From the NCBI RefSeq assembly GCF_964204645.1, contig NC_134027.1, positions 21,848,560 through 21,912,559 of the forward strand: DNA of 64,000 nt, in the 5' to 3' direction. The translations under genes and the position numbers were made by a program. The notes under the pieces were generated by a model. The model did not search any database, was not told where the DNA came from, and saw nothing but the letters and a program-made list of their open reading frames with translations. This document shows, piece by piece, positions 11,996 through 25,600 of the stretch; within the stretch, counting starts at the first letter, position 1; each line of letters starts with the position of its first letter. Source of the DNA: Tubulanus polymorphus. Lineage: Eukaryota > Animalia > Nemertea.

Positions 11996-13462
11996 GAGCG
12001 ATTTTACTGTGGTAGGCAATTTTCCGATGAAACATGCTCGTTATTGTACGACTAGTCGACTAGTTGTTTGCGACTAAATCCGAGATTAATTGCAATGAAC
12101 GCGTAGACGAGTGGTGCGTCACAGCGATTTTCAAGCGGTTTCACAATTGCGATAAAATTGCAGTTGAAAAAATCACGCGTTTGCGCAGATTACAGCCCTA
12201 AACTATTATAAATATTTTCATTCGACCACATTTCACCCTCACGTAGTATTACATTAAAAAAGAGAGCTTTCGACGTCATGCAAAAAGAGATAGACGCAAC
12301 GCCAGATGTTTTTTGAATTATTATTATATTTCGAACCATCGAAATCTCTTTGTTATTCCGCCAGCAACGCGCGCGCGTATGCGTTAATCTAGATCGTTTC
12401 ATAAACGCAAAATTAAAACTATGTTTCGTAATAGTTCTCCACAAACGGTTGACTTCATGGGGGAGGATCCAGAATTTCCGGTGCCCCATTATCTTAAAGG
12501 CGCCCTGTAAAAAAGGGTTATTCATCTTCCTTTCAAAACGGCAGTATTTTAGACAGTATTTCAGAATTGTTTAGTGGAAAGGCGTTTTTCTGTCAAAATA
12601 GCATAATTTCATTGGGAAAAATTCTGAACATTTTTGTGAGATTTGCTGGATTACAGGATAGTTCATCTTCCTTTAAAAAGGCAGTATTTTAGACACCTTC
12701 CGTTTTATAATTTTTTGGTTAAAAGGCTATTATCTAGGCTATTAAAATGGCGTAGGAATGGCGTATGAAATTTGCTGGATTATATCTTTCACCAACCAAC
12801 TCTGTCACTGGGCACTCCAAGAATGACCTTAATTTTATAAATTTTGCTTCAATTGCCTGTCAAGTGTTGCGTCCAGCGGATACCAGTCATAACAGGAGAT
12901 TTGAGTCGTGATTACACGAGCTCTAATGGCCCGGGCCGAATTTGTCCCTCATGCTAAATTGTAGCCATATATGAACGAAGTGATTGCGTGAACGCAGCTG
13001 ATATTATGATATAACAACGCCGTTTCACAGTATACCAACCATTCATATTGAAAATAGATACCTACTCAAACATTTGTTTCCATTTACACTCGTTCACCTC
13101 TGGCTGGAGAGAACGGGCTTCGAAAAAATTTTCATTCGACTCCACTTGCCAGTGGTAGATCCTGACCATATGTCGGAAAATGAATACGCCTTAAAATCTC
13201 CAACGGGACAGGTGACCTTCATTCCTCGTCTTTGCAGTCAAATTTTCGAATGATCATCGCCGTTGTGGAGGGTAACCACTAAATGCCGAATCATTGCATG
13301 TACTGCGATTCGGACCAGTTAGAAATTTATCGTTACGTTCGGAAATTCCGAGTTTTGGCGAAATTTTATTTCTGTATTTTGGCGTTTAGCGGCCTCTCGA
13401 TCGTGGATCGTTGATGAACCATCAACTATCATAGACCCATTAACCAGTAGATATTTGACATA

Positions 13463-13712
13463 AGCAGCGATCACACGAGCATTTTTGGCCCGGGCCAAAT
13501 TAGGCACGTGCCAAATTTGGCCCGGAACAACTGTTCACACGGGTGGCAAATGGGCCCGAGCCTGTTTGACCCGGGCCAAATTTGGCCCGACCAAAAATGT
13601 CGAACCAGGCCCGAGCCAAATTTTAGCACCAGACAAGTGATTGCGTTTGAATTGCAACTGGCACCGGAAATGATCCACTTCGCTTTGTTTGAGCATTGTT
13701 TAGTATCGAGTA
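13463..13712. mobile_element. Family B MITE, partial
   Basis: agcagcgatcacacgagc terminus plus well-preserved core. Confidence 0.72.
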
Positions 13713-14462
13713 TTGAATATTGAATTTGTCAGACGTTTTAGCATTTAGAAGATTTAGAACCCTTCTCAAGTGGGCATGGTCTGAGTTATGAGCAAATCGT
13801 TCCTAGGTCGTGAGAGACCCATCAAAAAAGTGCAACAGCGGTAGCATAACCGCGATAGCATTTATCCGAGTTTTAGTTCGTCCATTCTAATTTGGCCTGG
13901 TACATGGAACGAACATTGGTGTGATTATCTCGTCAAGATGATTACTGGAAGAACAGGCCAATTTAGAACAGACCGAATTAATGATGCGTATTCACATATG
14001 ATTTATTACCAGCTGTTATGACTGGTCCAGCTAGACGTAACACTGTGATTGACTAAGTTTCTATCAACACAGAAATGGTCCGCTCCAAAATGAAGAACAA
14101 ACCTACTCTTTTTGCTATGTGAATGCCTGGTGGTGGGTGCTTGAAATCCTTACATAGCATTGAATCAGAACAAATCATTTTCAAGTCCTTAAAAAGCATT
14201 GAATTTAGATTTAGCATCTCAGCAATGGATGAGTTTTATTGAATTTCAATGTCACCACTTGTTACTGGTTTATGGGGGGACCCTGATTTTTACGGCAAGT
14301 CTTTGGATTGGCCTTGAATCTTAGTTTCTGAGTGACCTTGAATGGCCTTGAATATTGAGCAGCCTTGAGAAAATGATCCCTGAGCTAAGAAAACTAGCTG
14401 AATACCCATCCGATGGACGGTATTTTCGTTGGGTGCATCGGTGCATTCCTCTGTAAAATCCC

Positions 14463-14716
14463 GGGCCCGGTTTTATAGACTGGTATTATCTTTAACCAAG
14501 GGGCTGGTTGCTTAGTCAGGGCTTAGACTTAACACCGGTCTAAGACCAACTCAGTTCTATAGCCAAAATAACATGTTAAGACCCAGTCTAAAGATTTGAG
14601 ACCACTTTTGGACTTAAGTCACGACTGTGCAACTGGCCCCTGGGGCTAAGTCATTTCATTTTCAATTAAGTTAGCCCCTGGGTTAAAGTTAATACCAGTC
14701 TATTGAACCAGCCCCC
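14463..14716. mobile_element. Two nested palindromic MITEs
   Basis: The outer TIR pair (ggttttatagactggtatt / aataccagtctattgaacc) encloses an inner element (~14500-14640, ggggctggttgc...gcaactggcccc) homologous to 57748-57886. Confidence 0.7.
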
Positions 14717-14847
14717 AAGTCCTGCTATTTCATTTTAAAGAATATATTTAGAGTACATGTTTCCATCGCTGATTGCCCCACACATCCTGCAGGGACTTCG
14801 AATGTTGAGGGAAATGGCTAGATTTCAACGATAGTTACATCGGTTAA

Positions 14848-15123
14848 CCCTTTCAGTGCTGACTAATTTATACCCTATAGTGCTGGAGATAATTTGAAAA
14901 TTTTGAAAAATTCCACCCCGAGTGTGTTGAATAATAGGAATACCACTAAAGTATGTCTACACTGCGGTGTATCATTAGTTACTAATATTTCACTGTGTTT
15001 GACAGGAGCTGCCATCTTTCAAGAGAGATAATTACTAATTACATCAATACACCGCGGTGCGGTGTAATAGCAAAAATCTATCTGATTTATCCACCGCACT
15101 GCGGTGTAGACGCACTGAAAGGG
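14848..15123. mobile_element. piggyBac-like MITE family A
   Basis: Same TIRs and TTAA flanks; opposite orientation to the 6078 copy; ends 57 bp before the exon at 15181. Confidence 0.9.
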
Positions 15124-15180
15124 TTAACCCGTTCATTTGCTGAATTTTCAAGATGTTTTGAATTCTTTCTCCGTTTTCAG

Positions 15181-15345
15181 ACATTCCCGAATTGAAACGA
15201 ATGGTCAGCGATTTGCAGTTGAGCATTTGTCAGGCGAATGCGAAATTGGTTCGTCAGCTGAAGCGACGAGATCGACGACGCGCGAAACTTTATAAAAACT
15301 GTGATATCATAACCGCCGTGCTGCAAGCTTCTTCATTGAAACGAC
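15181..15345 (+). CDS. TBC1D30: TBC1D30 coding exon (N-terminal coiled-coil region)
   Basis: ttttcag|AC...CGAC|gtaagt; 165 nt, phase 1-1; IPELKRMVSDLQ...LKRRDRRRAKLYKNCDIITAVLQASSLKR. Confidence 0.88.
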
Positions 15346-16938
15346 GTAAGTTGACCTCGCCCCGTTCCGAACCCCGGGGTTCTGACGGGTTTCAGAAAGT
15401 GGAAATTTTTTTCCAGGGCCTGGAATTTTTTTTTCTCGTTGGCTTATGGAAAAAGTATTGAAAAAATTATCTCAAATAAAATTTTCCTTCCATTTTGAAT
15501 TTTAGGCTTTATCCCAAATGGTTACTACACATTTGATGAAAAACTTTACGAAAAACCCTTTGTCAATGGTATTGATAATTGGCACTTATTTACGTTGAAT
15601 GGGCCTACATTGCCCGTCCTAGGTTGGCGATCTATAACTTAGGGTATGGAAAGTTTATAATCTGGGTTTGGAGAACGCGTGGAAAAGTTATGGAAAATGA
15701 AATCGTGAAACCCGTAAGAACCCTGTCAGAACCCTTGCTCAATTGTTAACCCCTTCTTCCCTATTCGCTAACATCTATGACCAGTTTAAATGAAAATTTG
15801 CCATATTTTGCTCTCACTCCTCGTTCGTGCCGGAATGTAGCTCTCTTGTTTCTTGCTAGCATTTTCCTTCCGTACTCTGAATGAATTCTAAGTGTCGTCA
15901 GAAGTACGTTTTCGAAGATAAGTTTTAATATATTATTGTAATATAAATTGTCCTATTCTCCCTGGGCACAAGGATTCGAACCTGATGGCGTCGCGAGATT
16001 CTGCACCTGCGCACTTAAACGCCATTCCGGCAGGGTTTTATCAGGTTCGAATCCTTGCTGAGGAAGGATGGTAGCCTACAGGCCTATCTGACATTATGTT
16101 CGATCATTTCGGAAACATTGTTCAGTTTTGAACATAATTCTCGAATCCATTTTCTCTGATCTGGAATCCATATTCTAGAATAGAGCTAGTTCGTGGAAAT
16201 ATGTTATCTGGGTCGTACTCCAGTTCCATGAAAGAGTTTGTAGTCCAGTTCTACAAAGCACCTCTATGGGAGAGATCCCAGCTGGTTCTCGGAGGTATAG
16301 CCATGACTTAGAATTTGGTACTGCCTCCATTTGGAGATGCCAATGGCTGATGCTATGGAGATGGTTTTAGGGCTTCCCCTGAAAATTCTGAACAAAATGA
16401 GATGAGAAAATCAGTTTTCGAAGGGCCCTCAATCTTTTTTGGGGGGTTGGGGTACATGAAGCCCGGGATATGCCCATGGTTCTGCAAATCAGTGGCATTT
16501 ATTTTCACAATGAATGTTTCATAAACCATGTTACTCATTGGAATTCAGTTCAATTCAGACATTATTTACCGATGGCATGTATTTAAAAAAACGTGCACCA
16601 CGAATAAAGGCCTTTTATGAATGTTCAACTAAATGATTTGCGATGTTTATTTCAACTTCGAGCAGATTGCATTTACACTCATTCAAACGCGAATCAACGA
16701 TCGGCATTTTATGGCGAGCATTTCGAAACCGGTTCAGTTTTCGGTGGACATAAACAGCAGCTGCAGTACCAGCATTGAATGAATTTGCGAAGTTGAGGGG
16801 TTTCACCGGGCAGCCTGGATGTGCGCGGCCCGGACGCGTAAGCACTTTTGAGGATACCATGGCTCTATTTTTGAACACCTGTACACAATCTACATGTATA
16901 TACTTCACATGGGCACGTGCTCACCAGTTAATATATAT

Positions 16939-16989
<51 letters not shown>

Positions 16990-19900
16990 TATTTGTCGCC
17001 TGAACGTGACAATAGACACGGGAAGCTGGTTTCGTCAGCAAATTCCAATAAATATCGTTTGAAAATGAAAAAAGATGATTTATTATCGGATACTAGTGTT
17101 TTACCCTGGGACACTTGTTTAAACATAACCAAATGTCTGTAAACAGCACTGGCCAGCATTATCGATTAGTGTTACTACTACTGGTTTGGCTTGAAAAATC
17201 GTGCGCATCCCCTCAAACTTTTCGAAGGGGATTGAATTTCCCGTTAAAAGGGCTAAATCCACTAGATTTCAAATTTTGGAACTAAACAAACCACGTACGT
17301 AGGTGACAATGATATAGTCCCTTATCTACATCATAGCTGTGTTACAGGTTAAAGCTATAGCTTTGTGCTAACGTATTCTGTGAAATAGCGGGAAAATTGC
17401 GCAATTAATGGAGATGTAAAATATTTTTTTCAAATCACGTCCATCCCCAGGACTTTTCAAGGGGATTGAATTTCCCTGAAGTGCCAAATCCACTAGAATT
17501 TTTCTAACTTAAACAACCTACGCCATAAAATAGTCCAAAACGTACATTTTACTTGTTTTATAGAGGTTAAAGCAGTAATCTTCCTGCTCTAAAATATACA
17601 ATGGAATAGCAGAATATTGTGTGATTGATGAAATATAAAATATTTTTTTCTCTTGAAAAAGGGCACTCTGGCCCTAAAATGGGTCTTTCGCGCCCTGAAC
17701 CTACCTGAGGGGCACCCATGAAAATACTGATTTGAAAGATATGTACAGAAACGTGAATGGTGGTACTGAGAGATAACCACCCTGAGTACTGATTAATTTG
17801 AATAGTTTCATTCATATTCTCATTAAGCGCTTTGACAGCTTCAAGCTAGTCAATTTTGGTCACTTTCGAGGTTCTTAATTCCTGATGATATAGCCCCCCC
17901 CCCCCCCAGAAAAACCATTTACCAAGAAGCTCTGCCATCCCTCAGTCTAGTGAGTGATATTAAATTCAAAACTATAAAACTAGCTCCTGGATCCACGCCC
18001 AAACCCTAGTTTTCAACAAAAAATGCCACATGACTTCAACCACTCAGGCTCTGGTTGTTCCGGACATGTTCTTTTGCTGAAAGCAGTACTGCCATTTCAG
18101 TTGTCTCTAACTACTGCTGTTAGGTGGCAGCGATGTAGTGATCGCATTAGTTTTCATAGGAGTTCACAGGTGGCAGTAATGTATAGCCCGTCAACACAGC
18201 ATGTTACAGCAATGCTATTTCAATCATAGTTGACAAAAGGTGCTATGAAAAATATCATTGAAATCAAAACTTACTTTTACGAAAAAAAAAACTTCTAAAA
18301 AAAGTCGATGAAAATTCAGATGAAAGTAAATTCTAAAATTCAACGCTAAGATTAACATTTTCACTATGATGCGGTAAAACTTTGCAATGAATCACGAAAG
18401 ACGAGTAAAATAAAAAAGTCCCACAATCGCAAAGTCAAAAAAATCTTTAATATATCGTTGAAGAATCAAAATTTTCAGTTTTCAACTAGAAACCATTAGG
18501 CTATCAACGAATGATACCTCGATAATGGATTTTAGTCGATAACATAAAATTCAGATTCTCAACAAATTTTAATGTTATGAAATTTAAAATAAATCTTTCG
18601 ATTTTCGTGATCGTGGGACATATCTTATTTTCACTAAGGTTTTTGATTATAATACGTAATAAATGCTCAATAGCTTGATGTATTTTTAATGATGTTATCG
18701 TTTTTTATTTCTATCCATCTCTCTCTCTCTCTCGCTCTCTCGCTCTGAAATTTTTCTATATATCTTGATGTTTCTCGATGATTGCGCCGCCCTTGCTCTC
18801 TCTATCTCTATCTCTCTCTCTGCTCTACGTTTCTCTATCTCTGTCTATATTTCTGCTTTAGACTCCGATCTCCGCGCGAGGTGGTGGTGGTGGTGGATTC
18901 GCCGATGCAAGGTAATAATATCGACTATCGTTGTAGATGCGTACCTGTGTGTAGTTACTTTGTTTTTATCCCTTATCTTTATCCGAGAAATTTTTGCACG
19001 TCACGTATTATCAAGTAATATTTTTTGTTGTCAAATGTACCCAGGCCAGTTGCTCGCTGTCGGTCAATGCCTTGTGCCGCAGATACAAAAACATGAAATA
19101 AGAAACAGATTTTGTGTTTAAGAAACACCGATGTCCAGTTTGCTCGCACATAGTAAAAACAAGAAACATCTAGTGATTAGAAATCCACTTGTCATGGAAT
19201 CGCATCTCATTGTTTTGGTGAATCTCATTGTTTCGGGAGGTGCAGTGGCCGAGTGGTTAAAGCCGCCGGTCACTGGTCTCGTCAATCCAGGGTTTATGGG
19301 TTCAAACCCTGGTGGCGACAGAGTTTCTTGGTCGAAGGTTCTTCTCTGGTCTCTCCCCGATTGGGAAAAAGAAACATCGAACCTGCTTATAATGCCCTGT
19401 GTGGCGCTTAGCGGGTTGAGGGTGTTAAAGAAAAAAATTGTTTTGGTGTTTCCTGTCGATGTCAGTCCGAACCATAGTCTGAAAATAGTTCGCCACGTGT
19501 TTGAACACGGTTGCTATAGTTCGGACGTCGCTCCAAGATGGCTGCCACTGCGAATTGTGTAAGATCGAAATATAGCGCGTTCGATCGTTAGTTCTGACCA
19601 CTAGCATGCAGCTATCAAAATGATGTTTTTTGTTTTCACGAAAAGAACGCATTCGTTTCAGGAGACAATGTTTCTTGGTTCGAAGAAATGATTGTCTGTT
19701 TCTTGTTTTGCGTTTATTTCTCGCCGCACGCGCCGGGCTGTTTTTCACAGGCTGGAATTAGAAGTCATATCGCTATCATAGCATTAGACAATCTGTTTTG
19801 ACATTAAACAGTGTTTAAATGCCATGGTAACAGGCTATTTTAGATGTATTTATGCAATTATTGATATTATGAAAAAATATCAGTATAGAATAGAATGTGA

Positions 19901-22578
19901 AATCTTGTGTTTAGGACTGATAATAAGTTTATCGACGCATGACATTTCTAATGCGGCCCTTTTTCACTCAATAACGACTGCTGAGACCATCCTCTCTGGA
20001 CAGGGATTCAGACCTGATGACATCGAGACTCGCCACGGTACGAAACCCTGCCACACTAGCCCGAGTGCACAGGTACTTACATGCACAGCTCAGATGATGT
20101 CATTGTTAGCCAATCAGATAGCCCGTTTTTCTTAAGCCCGGGTTTATCCATTTAGACTTTATGCGTAAAATTTGCCTTATACAACGAGCAATCTGATTGG
20201 TGCTGCAAGTTTTCGTGCAGCAAACCTGCGCATGTACCTGCGCACACGGTCTACTGTCGTGGCTGAGTCTACTGATGCCATCAGGTTCGAATCCCTGCCA
20301 GGTAGAATGAGTCCATTTGTAACTGTCATTAGTGTTTGGCTCTTGGCATGCAGTTGCTATTTTAGTTGTATTGCTGCACTCAGGCAGCCACTATTATCAC
20401 TAACTGCAGGCATGAAGTTTGATCAATCATTGCAGCACCTTCCAATCCACCGGATACCTATGTCCATCTTGGCTCCATGAATGTAGTATTTATCATAATA
20501 AAGCTCATTAATTCTCGATTATATAAGCAACTGCACCGAAAGTCATCATCTAAAATGGCACAGTTTTTTGTGCTCCTTGTTGTGTCTTAGGGATTTCAGT
20601 AGGGCTTTAGGGGAGATCTCAGCAGGGCTTTAAGGGGATCTCAGCGGGGCTTGAGGGCGATCTCAGTGGGAATTCAGAAATGTTGTGTTGTCTATAAACT
20701 TGATAGTTCTAGATTGTTCCTGTTTGTTCATCTTCATTCGTATATTAGTCTGTTTTAAAGGTGGTCATTTAAACATTTGCCGGTTTAGATTCCTCTGTAA
20801 CGATATCAACCTTTCACTTGAGCAACTGGCCTTCAAATATTTACCCCCTTACGTTTCATACACGTGACTTCTTCGTGTTCTTTATCGTAGCTCATCCTCC
20901 TTTGGCAGGAAATCGAACCTAATGGCATCGGTAGACTAAAGACACGACGCAAAACCCTGCCACACTAGCCTGAATGTGCGGGTACATGCGTAGCTTTGTG
21001 GTAAGAAAACTTGCAGCGCCAATCAGAATGCCCGTTTTATAATCGCTGATGCAAATTTCGTGGATAAACTTAAAATGGAAAGACCCGACCTAAGATAAAG
21101 CAGGATTTCTGATTGGCTAATAATGACATCATCTAAACCGCAACTCGGGCTAGTGTGGCAGAGTTTCTGTACTCTCGGTGTCATCAGGTTCGAATCTCTG
21201 CTGGGGTGGATTTTGTAGTCAGGCTTCAGTGTCAAATTGCAGGTGGGTTTTTTATTCTTCATCACGATTTACAAACTTTTTGAAAACTAGTTCATCCTTT
21301 TATCGAAAAATTATGAACAATTTCATCAATAATCAGTTTGCTGGCCAAGATTTACTGCGTATGGACAAGTGTGGTAGGAATTAGCTTGACAGCCAATGGT
21401 GAAAATGAAATGACAAGGGTTTAAACTATGAATCTTGAATTATAGTTACTTAAAAGGGGCCGCTTTCGATAGAAATAAGTTAATATTTGGCTGGTTTACT
21501 TCTGGTGTAGTTCAAAATAGACCAATTCAAGTCCAGAGTTCAAATTAACCAGGAACTGTGGACCTGGTCCTAGTTGTAGCTGTGACACCAAGCGTAATTA
21601 AGAAAAAAGCACCGATGACCCAGTTCCAGTGGAGTCGAAGCGAATCAAACGTAACCTCTGCACTGTGGAACTGGGCCCACTACGTATTTGAAACAAATTC
21701 CGGTTATGAATTAAGCTTTTGAATTGAAAACTAGTTCATTACTGCCTAGAATCCTGTAGAGTCAGGAAACTTTAAGCGAAGAACAGTAGAATTATAAAAC
21801 CGGATTGCAGATCCAGTTCTGCAGTCATGAGTTAAAATCAAATTCGAAAGGCATGAACTGGTGCCTATCACACAAGCATTTTTGGCATTCTACTCCAAGT
21901 CTGGACCAACTGTTCATGCGGGTGCCAAAAGGGCAGCGCCTGTTTGAACTGGGCAAAATTTGGCCCAACTGAAAATATCGGACCAGGCCAGTGCCAAATT
22001 TTAGCATCAGGTCAAATTATTGTGTGGGTATAGCATTTGGAGACACATTTCGCTTTGTCACAGCAAAAGCATTGTTTAGTATCGAGTTTTAGTATGTTTG
22101 GCCCAGGTTAAATGTGATCATAGATATAGGCTAATAAGAAATAAGTAAGTGCGCTGTGGTGATATTTTAGTTATTTTAGAGTTACAGTTCGGCCAAATAC
22201 GTAGTACTTTGAAGGTTAAGCTGATTTTATTAAAACTATGAGTGTTTTAGCTCGTCAGTATCTCCAGGACTTGTTGTCTACTGTTTATGTACCGTCTCGC
22301 CCACTTCGTTCCAGTAACAGCAGACGGCTGTCTCGTGTTCCATACAGACTGAAGACATTCGGTGGACGTTCCTTCAGTGTCACTGCGGTAGCTCTCTGGA
22401 ACTCTTTGGATGATGACCTCAGAAACATTCCCAATTTTGTTAATTCCAAACAAGCGCTTAAGACTTTCCTGTCTCAAATTAGCTTACGACCTTTAACAAC
22501 TCATTCCATGTGCAGGTGAACTTTGGTCACAATGAAATAGGCGTCGACCAATGTCACTGTTTATTATTATCATTATTA

Positions 22579-22625
<47 letters not shown>

Positions 22626-25600
22626 ATTAGTTATAGTAGCTTCATCAGAAGGTTCGTAAAGAATCCGTGTTAACCGGGTTCAGAGTAAATAACAGAGTAG
22701 TACTGTATAGGTTAACTGTTTATTTGACGCACAAGCTTTTGCTACTGATGTTTAAGAAGCTTCATTAGGTAAACCTGATACATTAGAAGCGAAAGCTTGT
22801 GCGTCAAACAAAGAGTTAACCTATATAGTACTATTCATCTCGTTATTTATTAGCTTCATCAGGAAAACCAGTTAGGAGTGTCATGGTAAATGGTACCTGC
22901 CCGCCCACTCTTACACTATATGCTTTGTAATTATTTATATTCTGTAAGCAATAGAAATTAACGCTTTTACACAAGTGATAATGACTTCCAAACGAAGACT
23001 TCAATAGATAGCGTACTATTGTTCCATAGCGGCATTCGCACGTCAGTCGCTAGGCAACCGTCGATATCAAAGTTTCATTGATGAAATGACGTAAATTGTA
23101 ACGATGACAGCAGCACCGCTCACCGCGTGCTGTCGCTTCACACGCCGCGCCGCGTGGAGCCGAATTTACTTTTCGCCGCGTGTACTTACTGGAGTCGCTC
23201 GGATGCTGACGGTGGTTACTCTCAGTTCACCGTGGTTTAGGCTCTAAGTGTATGTATGTATGTATGCGCGTCCCTCTCTCAGTGTCGGAAAAATCAATCA
23301 ATTGAACATTCACATCAGTACATATCGCCACAGCAGCAGCAGCAGCAGCGGCAGTCAGCTTCCAGTCGCGATAGCGAGAACAACAAACAAAGCACGATGG
23401 CACAACGCTCTTCGTCAAGGACGCATTCCTATACTGCGGTGAGATAGATGGTCGGAACAAGAATAGGAATTCCGAACAATTCGAACGACTCATAAAAACA
23501 TACACGCGTTCCGGATTACTTTAAAAAGCGTGTAATCGGTGAAATCGACGCTTATTTCATTCGTCATTATCAAAGGGAGTGATTTTAGTAACAGGAAGAA
23601 AGTCGACGTCGACCCGAATCGCGACGGATTAATATCATATTTAGTTTGTAACGAAGATGTAAATATAAGGACGGTGTAAGGTTAATATGTAGAGGTGTGT
23701 GCGCGCGCGTGTGATTTCGTACGGGAATGACCTTAGTCTCGGGGAATTCATCGAATCCGAATCATGCAGGATTTTCTGATGAGCTGGACGGCTAAAATCG
23801 GCTCGACGATGGGATTTCGAAAGCAGCGGCAATATCGACAACAAATCGACAATAATCATAACAGTAGACGCCATACAATTGCCGGTAAGAGACTGAATTA
23901 CCGCAGATAGGGTTTGAATGTTGTAGACGTAACGATGTAGGCCTATCAGTAATAAGATAATGAGATAAAGACCCACTATTAAAAGAATTTTAAAATCGAG
24001 AATTTATTATCTTTAGTAGTACGATATACGATATATCAGTGTTATCACTATCACTTTTTAAGGAATAAAATCTTTTTTTTTGGCGAGTGATTTCGTTGTG
24101 TTTACACGCGCTAATAATAGATCGGCTATTTTTGGTATCAATTTCCTGTAATAGCTGATTTTTTATCCGCTACTTCGCCGACTCGGTGGTTCGATCGAAT
24201 TCCCTCTTTGGACTATGCGATACGTATTTGGCATGAATTCGGGTATTATTTCTATTATCTCTATATGTTGAATTACGATTCAAACAGCAAGGCCACTTAC
24301 CTGTAAAATCGGGAATAGTCGGGGAATTATGTTCTTTTTAGAAAAGTCGGGGAATAGCCATGTAAATTTGTAGAATAGCTAAAATGAGGGAAAAGTCTTA
24401 TGAATTTGTTGAGATAGTTGTTGTTGGATCACGTGTATAATCAAACAGTTTCCATTCTATGTTTTATGTGTTTTGTCCGCATTAATGGATTGCATTCCTA
24501 GGAGGTCGAGTCGGGGGAAAACAACTAAGAATGTTAGGAAATATTCAGGGAAAAGTATGTATCGAATACGTACAAAGTGTCCACCCTGTTAAAGGGTTAG
24601 GTTGGAAGATTGTTTCTATGGACCAGAACCAAATTTCCCAATTATGTACTTCGATTTAAAAACAAAAAATTCTGTAATTTCCGCCGCCGATCACACAACT
24701 GTATCTGAACTTCGATTTCTGATTTCAAAATCGAACCCCCTATTTCGCTCTCGGCACCTGATCCTACCAATTAGATAAACAACATGGTCGATCCCTGTTT
24801 TAAGATCGAAGGGGTCAGATTCATGCATCGATCTTCTATTTCTATTATGAAAGTTAAACCTTATTATGAAAGTTAAACATCAAGGAGCAATCATCGATCT
24901 TCCTCTTTACGAATGAAATTATTTCATTATCGTCGCCTTATTATGAAAGTCAAAGTTTATCGCTAACGGTAGGTACTCTGTGGATTTGATTATCTACGAG
25001 CGATGGTAGAAGTCAGTGTTACGCCTTGTTCCTAGGTGGCGATATAAATAGATTTTGATGCGATTAAATCGTCTTTAAAACGCCATTGAATCATATTCAA
25101 CCGTGAGGTTTCCGAGTCTATTTTTTGTATTCCGTATGAAATGGAAAATGATTACTCCGAGCTTAAAAACCTGTCAACTTCGAAGTCAAAAAGGCCTTGC
25201 TGGAAGAGAAGCAGGGGTTTTTGACTTCGAAATCTGAAATTAAAATGATAAAATGAATGGTCAGGTGAAATTTCGGTTTAAATTGACTGTTGTCTGGGCT
25301 GGGTTTTTCCCCGCAGTACCCCTACGTAGTGGAACAACTATGCGGGCCATTTTATCCATTTAGAAATTTAGGAAGCATCTGAAATGTTTCCTTTTTTAAA
25401 AAGGGGCATTTCATCATTTGTAACGCATTATGTGGGCAGCTTGGTGGATTTGGCGGGGTGGCCACTGACCTGGAATACCTGGAACACTTAGGGAATGAGA
25501 AAAATATTTTTTTTTAATTAGCGAAAGCTCAGGGAATTCACCAAAATTCTGGAAAACTCAGGAAATTCTTTATCAGTCAGTACGTGATTCAATGAAAATG

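Noticed and set aside
16100-16400. LINE RT fragment on the minus strand (SILEYG-like peptide)
   Set aside because: Only one short motif; not enough to support a call.
19239-19320. Functional tRNA gene
   Set aside because: A and B boxes are present, but no acceptor stem or clean anticodon arm can be formed; it is better explained as a SINE head.
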